From assembly GCF_032999765.1 (NCBI RefSeq), contig NZ_CP136051.1, positions 936,417-968,416 on the forward strand: 32,000 nt of DNA, in the 5' to 3' direction. This DNA is from Imperialibacter roseus (GTDB lineage: Bacteria > Bacteroidota > Bacteroidia > Cytophagales > Cyclobacteriaceae). Made by a program: the position numbers and the translations under genes. Positions 25,886-32,000 of the stretch are shown piece by piece (positions within the stretch are counted from its first letter, which is position 1; each line of letters opens with the position of its first letter). The notes beneath the pieces are model-generated. The model was not told the DNA's origin. It worked only from the letters and a program-made list of their open reading frames with translations, and made no database searches.

Positions 25886-25954
25886 ATAAAGAAGCAAAAC
25901 TGGTTCAATGCGTCTCGCCCGGCCGGGTTAGGCTTGGATCTTTTGCTTCTTTAT
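25886..25954. repeat. Perfect 14-bp inverted repeat (ATAAAGAAGCAAAA / TTTTGCTTCTTTAT) enclosing a GC-rich palindrome
   Basis: Arms at 25886-25899 and 25941-25954, with a 41-nt spacer. The spacer contains the perfect 10-nt palindrome CCCGGCCGGG at 25918-25927. Confidence 0.85.
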
Positions 25955-26025
25955 GTAATGACATAATGCTCTTGTCAAAAGAATTAATCCCCAGAAATAT
26001 TGCTTGATCCCAGAGTATATTTTTT

Positions 26026-26508
26026 GTGCTACCTTGTAATGTGCAAGTGCTAATTTTCATCATAGGTCTTTTTGGGGCCGACCACGGTCTCTACGTGTCG
26101 GTAACCAACGTGACGTATTCAGGCAACGATACCTGGGAGGTAAGCTGCAGGCTTTTTAATACTGACCTGGAGGATGCTATCAGAGATTTTTCAGGAGAAA
26201 GTGTTTCGCTGCGAACTGATGGCGACATCAAAAAATCGGAGGCGCTTGTTGCCAGCTACATCAAAGCAAAGATGCATTTCATCACTCAGCAGGGAAACGA
26301 GCTTGCACTGAAATGGGTAAGCGGTAGTGCAGAAAATGATACTGTTTGGTCGTACTTCATTGTAGAGGGGACGTCGATTGACGTGGTGGAAAATGCCCTA
26401 TTGGTCGAGCTATTCAGTGATCAGGAAAACGTGGTTGCCATCGAAAGGGACGGAGAAAAGCGATACCTCCGGTTCAATGCCGGCGTCAAACGGCTTCAGC
26501 TTGAATAG
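26026..26508 (+). CDS. DUF6702-like protein, function unknown
   Basis: GTG start. Short hydrophobic N-terminus, then HGLYVSVTNVTYSGNDTWEVSCRLFNTDLEDAI. This matches my recollection of the Bacteroidota DUF6702 pattern (H-x-Y-Y-V-S-V-T...yn...; unverified). The start codon is uncertain; an alternative GTG lies at 26040. Confidence 0.6.
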   Translation: MLPCNVQVLIFIIGLFGADHGLYVSVTNVTYSGNDTWEVSCRLFNTDLEDAIRDFSGESVSLRTDGDIKKSEALVASYIKAKMHFITQQGNELALKWVSGSAENDTVWSYFIVEGTSIDVVENALLVELFSDQENVVAIERDGEKRYLRFNAGVKRLQLE

Positions 26509-26513
26509 CTCTG

Positions 26514-27842
26514 CTATTTCCCGCCTTTGAACAAATCAAGCAGGCCAGTGCTGGTTACCTTCACGCCCGTTGCTATCGATGTTTCGATGGCTGGGTAGTA
26601 AAATGGAGAATGAAGGCCGGGCAATGACATTTCACCCTTTGCCACTTTCGCTGTTCTTTCAGGAGGCACCGTGCCCAGCCAAAACAAAGTTGTAGGCACC
26701 TTGTGTGTGGTTTTTCCATACCTCGAAAAGTCCTCGGCCACCATTTGTGGTTCGGCCTCCACCACGTTGCCAATGCCAATGGCCTTAACAGCGGAGGCTA
26801 ACAGCCGATCTACTAAAGCTTCATTGTTGAAGTTGGCTGGGGTGAAAGTCTCGGGGATGATTACCTCTGGGTATTTGTCTTCAGGAAGTCCGGCTGAGAT
26901 CGCCACCCCCCTGGCTATTTCTTTGATTCTCTGGTGAATTTTCAACCTTACTTCTTCGGTGAAAGTTCTTACGGTGAGTTCCAGGGTCACTTCGTCGGGT
27001 ATAATATTGTATTTGGTGCCGCCCTTAATCACTCCCACCGACACAACGGCGTTGTCGAGCGGGTTCAGGTTTCTGCTCACAATTGTCTGGAGCTCCATGA
27101 CCAGCATGGATGCCATCACCACCGGGTCAATCGACATGTGGGGGGAAGCCCCGTGGGCACCCTGACCAAATACTTTGATGCTGATGGCCTCTGCGTTGGC
27201 CATGGTATAGCCTTTGCCAAAGCCAACTTTACCTGTCGGTATAGTGGGGCTACAGTGAAGCCCTACTCCGTAATCCGGCACCGGAAACTTCTCATACAAT
27301 CCCGCCTCCAGCATGAGCTTGGCACCTGCACCAATTTCTTCAGCAGGCTGCCCGATCATCACCAGCGTTCCTTTCCATTGACTTTTCATGTCCACCATCG
27401 CTTTGGCTGTGCCAAGCCACACGGTCATGTGCATATCGTGTCCGCAGGAGTGCATAGTGCTCACCTGTCCTCCGGTGCCATCAGCTACAACCACCTGACT
27501 GGCGTAGTCAAGGCCGGTTTTTTCGACCATGGGCAAAGCATCCATATCGGTGCGATACAACACTGTAGGGCCTTTACCGTTTTTCAACACCCCCACCACA
27601 CCGTAGCCACCCATGTTTTCTGTCACTTCAAAGCCAAGCTTACGGAGCTCAGCAGCCAGCGTTTTTGAGGTTTCCTTTTCAGCCAGCGAGAGCTCGGGGC
27701 TTTGGTGTCTGTCCAGATAAAATGCTTTAAGCTCAGCCATATGATCAGCGACAAAGGCATCGAGCGCCTGACTGCCGGGGCCTGAAGCAAGCAGGGAAGA
27801 AGTTATGAACAGAGAAGTGAGGAAAAGAGAAGCTTTGCGCAT
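26514..27842 (-). CDS. M20-family amidohydrolase (M20D, aminoacylase/hippurate hydrolase-like), secreted
   Basis: HSCGHDMH metal-binding motif, GQPAEE and a dimerisation-domain insert. N-terminal signal peptide MRKASLFLTSLFITSSLLASG. Confidence 0.92.
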   Translation of the reverse strand: MRKASLFLTSLFITSSLLASGPGSQALDAFVADHMAELKAFYLDRHQSPELSLAEKETSKTLAAELRKLGFEVTENMGGYGVVGVLKNGKGPTVLYRTDMDALPMVEKTGLDYASQVVVADGTGGQVSTMHSCGHDMHMTVWLGTAKAMVDMKSQWKGTLVMIGQPAEEIGAGAKLMLEAGLYEKFPVPDYGVGLHCSPTIPTGKVGFGKGYTMANAEAISIKVFGQGAHGASPHMSIDPVVMASMLVMELQTIVSRNLNPLDNAVVSVGVIKGGTKYNIIPDEVTLELTVRTFTEEVRLKIHQRIKEIARGVAISAGLPEDKYPEVIIPETFTPANFNNEALVDRLLASAVKAIGIGNVVEAEPQMVAEDFSRYGKTTHKVPTTLFWLGTVPPERTAKVAKGEMSLPGLHSPFYYPAIETSIATGVKVTSTGLLDLFKGGK

Positions 27843-27916
27843 TGGTGGGTCATTAATGAAACAGTAAAGTACTTCATGAATGGCGGATTCTCAAGTCCAA
27901 TTTGATAATCGGGGGG

Positions 27917-27949
27917 TGAAAAAAAGAAGGCCGCCCATGGCAGCCTTCT
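27917..27949 (-). terminator. Rho-independent terminator downstream of the 146-aa lipoprotein gene
   Basis: On the minus strand, AGAAGGCTGCC-ATG-GGCGGCCTTCT forms an 11-bp stem with one mismatch, followed by a T-run (TTTTTTT). Confidence 0.7.
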
Positions 27950-27982
27950 CATTAAATATAACTGACTAAAACATTCCCCAAC

Positions 27983-28423
27983 TCAATTGTTTACTTTAAC
28001 TACTTTCACATCAACCCAGTAGTCCGACTCCTGTACTTCTTCAATGCTGGTTCCCGGGTAAGGGAATACATTCACTAATGTTACCTCGTAGCCCAACACA
28101 ACGGCCGATGTCTTTGGCTCCTGTGGGTTGGTAGTCAGAGTGAAAGTCTCCGTTTTTGAGCCAACCTGGGCCTGCATTTCAACAGTTACCATACCCTGCC
28201 ATATGCACATGGCATTGGCCGGACACCTTGAATCTTCTACAAGCTTCTTGAAAGTGAGTTGCTCACCAGCGGCGGAAGTAATGGTTTCTCCCAGCTTAAT
28301 CGCCAGTGTGTCGGAAACAGTTTCTGTTCCTTCCAGGGCTGAATTGATCTCTTCCTTTCCGCAACTCATGCCTACGCAGACGATGGCGACAAATACGCCA
28401 ATAATTCCCAATGCCTTCTTCAT
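27983..28423 (-). CDS. Lipoprotein, function unknown (conserved Cys pair DSRCP...C-x-W-x-G)
   Basis: MKKALGIIGVFVAIVCVGMSC lipobox. The motif FKKLVEDSRCPANAMCIWQGMV suggests a disulfide-stabilised beta domain. Lies 68 nt downstream of the 914-aa ORF on the same strand. Confidence 0.75.
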   Translation of the reverse strand: MKKALGIIGVFVAIVCVGMSCGKEEINSALEGTETVSDTLAIKLGETITSAAGEQLTFKKLVEDSRCPANAMCIWQGMVTVEMQAQVGSKTETFTLTTNPQEPKTSAVVLGYEVTLVNVFPYPGTSIEEVQESDYWVDVKVVKVNN

Positions 28424-28491
28424 ATCAAAAAATGTTTCCTAAAGGACAGCCGAATCAAAGAATAGGTTGGAGACACGAAAAGAAAATTACG

Positions 28492-31236
28492 CTACTTTTT
28501 CAGGGTAAGGATGGAGAACTCATTCTCGTAGTTTTTGTAAATTTTGTACAGGCCTTGCGATTCATAAAAAACGATGGCCACCTCGTTCATGGTTTCTGCA
28601 GGCCTGAAATTTACAAGATTTCCTTTTTCGTCATACAGATAGCTGAAGGCCTGCACAGGATCGTTGACAATGAAAAGCTTGCGTCCTCCGCCAAAGTCGT
28701 AGAACTGCGAGCTTGCAATTCCACTTGACATATAGTCTTTTTCAAAGAGCACTTTGCCAGCCTGGTCTACGATGGCAATTCTGTTGGCATCCTGCCTGGT
28801 AAAAATGTAGCCGTTGCCTGAAGCTTCAGGTACCAGCTTAAATTTTGACTGAGCCGATGGCCGGTAGAGCTGCTCCCTTTGCAGCACTTTGCCAGCGAGA
28901 TTGATCTGAATAATTGACCCATCATCGGTAATCGTCGTTAGTTTACTATTCGCATTCGTTGAGCCCGCCTCAGCAAATACCGGATTGTTTACCGGAGCTT
29001 TGAAGTCTACCGGGAAGCCCGCCACGGGTTGTGCCCGCCGGTTGAATACACGCATGATGCCATTGCTTTGCAGGGCCACGAGAAAATCCTGTCCTCTCAC
29101 CCTGATATGCAGAGGGGAGGAGGCAAGTGGGTGCTTGATTTCCTTTGGGTTCCATCCCTCCAGCACTTTGCCATCTTTGTCCGATATGTACAAATCACCC
29201 CGGGTGTCAGCAAAGAAATAGCGATAATTTTTGCTCTTGTCATAGTCCACCAGGTTGAAATAAGCGATTTCTGTTTTGCCCTTAAACTCTACTGGAAAGC
29301 CAGGAAGATACTCGCCTGTTCGGTCGATGGCATAAATGTATTTGGGGGTGGAAAACAGGTATTGCAGCTTGCCGTTTTTGTAGTAGTCGATCTGAAAGAC
29401 CGGACTGATGATTTTCCCTTTGATGGAGTCGAGCCATAAAACTTCCTGATTGGCAGATAGCAGGTAAATCATCTGGGTGGAATCCTGAACCAGCGTTTCC
29501 AGCGTTTTGTCGTTGTGGTTGCGAACCACAAACGGCTTTGAGATGAGCGGCTGCGCAAAAGTTACGGCGTTGTCGGCCAGCAGCGGTTTTTGCGCTCCTT
29601 TTTGTGCTGACTTTTCCGTTTGCTGCAGCATGATGCTGGTGTAGAATTTGTCTTCGATAAAAGACCACTGTATGGCCATCAGGTCAATCGACTGAAGGGT
29701 GGACGAAGCATCCGTAAACTGCTGCTTCCAGGCATCGTCCAGGTTTTGTTGCCACAGATTCCAGGCCCTGGGTGTGTGAACGAACACACTGAAATTGGCT
29801 TCCCTCAACGTGTTATCCAGAAACGAATTGATTTGCACTGACTTTCCCCAAGTATTTTCGTTGGTTATATCGTCGATCACGGTTTTCAGTATTTGCACTG
29901 AAGCCGCCCCAATCAGGTAGTTGCGGTAGCCGGTATAGTACAGCGACGAAAATCCACTAAATGGTTCTCCAAATAACTGATAAGGAAATTCGTCAATTTC
30001 AAGCTGCCCAATGGTGAAGTCGGCATATTCTTCGTAGTAGAGTGTGTCTCCCTGTGACTTGTTGATTCTCTCTGAAAGTTCTTTGAACTGCTGAAGGCTT
30101 TCCGGTAAATCCTCCATCTCCATGTAAACTACTTTGTCAGGATCATGGCCTAAAGAAGATTCCTGCAACGAAACGCCTATATGGCCACCAATACTCTCAA
30201 AAAAGGAGGCAATATCAATGTCCTGATCTTTCAATGTGGTGCTTCTCAAATCGACTAACTCAGGCTCGTTTGTTTGCCAATAGGGTAACATCTGAGTGTT
30301 CCAACGCTCGGCAGACTCAAAAGTGAGGTTAAAATAAACAGCGGTTCGGTTGCTCACTACCTCTTCCATTTTTAGCGACTGCGCCGGGTTGTTGATAAAC
30401 CCACTGAAATAGCCTGAATAGTCTTGTGGTATCAAGGTAAAGCCATTCATTAGCAGCTGTGGCTCGGTCACTTTTACATCGAGAAAAGACGAAGAACCAA
30501 GGGTTGAAATAGCCTTCAGGTTCAATAATTTTTCATCCAGGAACGTGTCGCCCAGCCTGTCAAGCTTGTCAGTGTTGATGTATAAATTGCCTTGATCATT
30601 TTGCAACCTCGAAAGGGTGAGAAGACCAATGTTTTTATCAAAAAAACCTAAGCCTGCAGTTTCAATATTTCTGACGGCATCCTCCACGAGAAAGGGGGTG
30701 AAGCTCCCTATGAAGAAATTTTTGTAGTAAATGAAGGTGAACAGATCCTTTGTTTTTTGAGACCTTAGCTCGCTAATGGTGTAGCCCTGGTACGTTCTGT
30801 TGGAAATGGTGTATCCATTTTTCTCTGAAAAGTAGGCCAGAATGTCGTCCATTTTTCCCCGGCTGTCCAGCGTGGGCAGGTCAACCAGAAGAAGGAAGTC
30901 GAGCGATTGGCTGCCGACACTGTGCAGGCTGGCCAGGAAAGTCTTGTCGTTGAAAAGCGTGGCTGTTTGCTCATTTCCTCCCAAAATCGTGTCAAGCTTT
31001 GAAAGCATTTGACCAGGACGCTTGAATGCAGCAATAGACTGGAGCCCTTTGCCAATATTCGAAGAAGTAAATGCTGCCCAGGCATTCATGGGCGAGGTCG
31101 ACTCGTAGACGGCCAGCGCATTGTCAGGAACCAACGTCCACAGAGAAATATTACCTCTTTCGAAATAGGTTTTGTAGGCAACAAAAGCCCCTCCACCAAT
31201 TACCAGAATAATTATAAAAATAATGAACCTCTTCAA
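28492..31236 (-). CDS. Large N-terminally membrane-anchored protein, function unknown; the C-terminal third has beta-propeller-like repeats
   Basis: 914-aa uninterrupted ORF. N-terminal TM FIIFIIILVIGGGAFVAY, followed by a WTLVPDNALAVYES segment (DUF3352-like from memory; unverified). Repeated ...D-x-x-G-x-x-L-x-GFPV... units (YLPGFPVEFKG, VAGFPVDFKAP, DKDGKVLEGWNP). Confidence 0.85.
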   Translation of the reverse strand: MKRFIIFIIILVIGGGAFVAYKTYFERGNISLWTLVPDNALAVYESTSPMNAWAAFTSSNIGKGLQSIAAFKRPGQMLSKLDTILGGNEQTATLFNDKTFLASLHSVGSQSLDFLLLVDLPTLDSRGKMDDILAYFSEKNGYTISNRTYQGYTISELRSQKTKDLFTFIYYKNFFIGSFTPFLVEDAVRNIETAGLGFFDKNIGLLTLSRLQNDQGNLYINTDKLDRLGDTFLDEKLLNLKAISTLGSSSFLDVKVTEPQLLMNGFTLIPQDYSGYFSGFINNPAQSLKMEEVVSNRTAVYFNLTFESAERWNTQMLPYWQTNEPELVDLRSTTLKDQDIDIASFFESIGGHIGVSLQESSLGHDPDKVVYMEMEDLPESLQQFKELSERINKSQGDTLYYEEYADFTIGQLEIDEFPYQLFGEPFSGFSSLYYTGYRNYLIGAASVQILKTVIDDITNENTWGKSVQINSFLDNTLREANFSVFVHTPRAWNLWQQNLDDAWKQQFTDASSTLQSIDLMAIQWSFIEDKFYTSIMLQQTEKSAQKGAQKPLLADNAVTFAQPLISKPFVVRNHNDKTLETLVQDSTQMIYLLSANQEVLWLDSIKGKIISPVFQIDYYKNGKLQYLFSTPKYIYAIDRTGEYLPGFPVEFKGKTEIAYFNLVDYDKSKNYRYFFADTRGDLYISDKDGKVLEGWNPKEIKHPLASSPLHIRVRGQDFLVALQSNGIMRVFNRRAQPVAGFPVDFKAPVNNPVFAEAGSTNANSKLTTITDDGSIIQINLAGKVLQREQLYRPSAQSKFKLVPEASGNGYIFTRQDANRIAIVDQAGKVLFEKDYMSSGIASSQFYDFGGGRKLFIVNDPVQAFSYLYDEKGNLVNFRPAETMNEVAIVFYESQGLYKIYKNYENEFSILTLKK

Positions 31237-31324
31237 TGGAAAGTTGGGTCTACAGCATCAAATTCAATAACGAAAGTTAAGCAACAAATTGCTTCGAGTA
31301 CACTTTGCTTCTACAAACGGAAAC

Positions 31325-32000
31325 CTAATTCTTTTTGGAGCCTTCATACATATCGTAGGCCACCAGCCTCGAATCGATCTTCGCATTGAAGAACGGCCAT
31401 TTGGCTGACGAGCGAAGCCCCACCTTTTTAATCAGATTGAGGTTGCCTGTGAATATAAAGCCACGTTTTCCCTGACAGCGCTGCTTGAAAAAGTCGCCAA
31501 TACCTTTGTAAACAGCTTCAAGCTCCGATTCTTCTCCCATGCGTTCCCCATATTCAGGATTGAGGATAATGATGCCTTCACCATCTGGAAGGGTAGTATT
31601 TTCGTAGGGGCAAAGCTCCCATTTGATCATAGAAGCCACACCAGCTTCTGCGGCATTGGTACGGGCCGCTTGCAGGGCTTTCATGTCTCGGTCGCTACCA
31701 ATGATGGTCACGTTGATTTTCGCATTCACCTTTGATTTGGCGCTGGCTAGCATGGTTTTCCAGGCATTGTTGTCAAACCCAATAAGGTGTTTGAAGCCGA
31801 AATTATGCCTGTTCAGCCCAGGGGCGATGTTGGCCGCCTTCAGGGCAGCTTCAATGGCAATGGTGCCACTGCCACACATGGGGTTGATGAGCGGAATCGA
31901 CGGGCTCCACTCAGTTGCCTGCACAATAGCGGCAGCCAACGGTTCTGCTACTGGAGCCTTGAAAGGCATTTTCCGATAGGTGTGCTTCGATATCGTTTCT
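31325..32000 (-). CDS. Class I SAM-dependent RNA methyltransferase, THUMP/UPF0020 (RlmL/RlmK-like, COG0116); N-terminus outside the window
   Basis: PLAAAIVQATEW...LINPMCGSGTIAIEAA (SAM motif I) and IIILNPEYGERMG (N/D-P-P-Y-type motif IV variant). The frame stays open upstream of the listed Met to the window edge. Confidence 0.85.
   Translation of the reverse strand, partial: ETISKHTYRKMPFKAPVAEPLAAAIVQATEWSPSIPLINPMCGSGTIAIEAALKAANIAPGLNRHNFGFKHLIGFDNNAWKTMLASAKSKVNAKINVTIIGSDRDMKALQAARTNAAEAGVASMIKWELCPYENTTLPDGEGIIILNPEYGERMGEESELEAVYKGIGDFFKQRCQGKRGFIFTGNLNLIKKVGLRSSAKWPFFNAKIDSRLVAYDMYEGSKKN

Noticed and set aside
26934-27668. 244-aa + strand ORF inside the M20 amidohydrolase gene
   Set aside because: His-rich antisense shadow of a gene with a clear HxCGHDxH motif.
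1-32000. Search for CRISPR arrays, rRNA/tRNA genes, transposases, integrases and IS terminal repeats
   Set aside because: I found no regularly spaced repeat array, no cloverleaf-like or rRNA-like conserved stretches, and no DDE or tyrosine-recombinase-like ORFs on either strand. The low-GC islet therefore cannot be called a mobile element.

Overview
This looks like a chromosomal segment from a Bacteroidota, probably Cytophagales-like, organism. The taxon call is an inference from three things: the gene families present, lipoprotein-rich secreted enzymes, and TAnnTTTG-like promoter boxes with almost no Shine-Dalgarno sites. I recognised no rRNA, tRNA, CRISPR array, transposase or integrase.

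Gene content, left to right:
- A GH39-like glycosidase (cut by the window edge), a small tail-anchored protein and a formylglycine-type sulfatase.
- A three-gene RND efflux operon: adaptor, permease and outer-membrane factor.
- A run of secreted or membrane-anchored enzymes: serine hydrolase, amidohydrolase and PQQ-type sugar dehydrogenase.
- A DUF4386-like membrane protein with an MDR oxidoreductase, then an AraC/TPR regulator.
- A small low-GC islet carrying a VapBC-like toxin-antitoxin pair and an unrecognisable two-gene cassette.
- An OmpR-type two-component system.
- A PadR regulator with an orphan double-FtsX permease.
- Hsp20, a DUF6702-like protein and an M20 amidohydrolase.
- A lipoprotein and a 914-aa membrane-anchored propeller-like protein.
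- A THUMP/UPF0020-type RNA methyltransferase (cut by the window edge).

The most interesting observations:
1. A roughly 74-nt promoter module occurs twice, upstream of the RND operon and upstream of the two-component system 16 kb away. Both copies carry three (C/G)TTCAG hexamers with 11/22-nt phasing.
2. The low-GC islet (about 17.0-19.5 kb) holds a 69-aa membrane peptide gene tightly linked to a 233-aa protein of no recognisable family, next to VapBC. This is the best candidate for an undescribed accessory or defence-type module, but its function is pure inference.
3. A long structured leader lies upstream of the response regulator, and nested palindromes with CCCGG cores occur in two intergenic regions.

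All homology statements come from motif recognition by eye. No database search was run.
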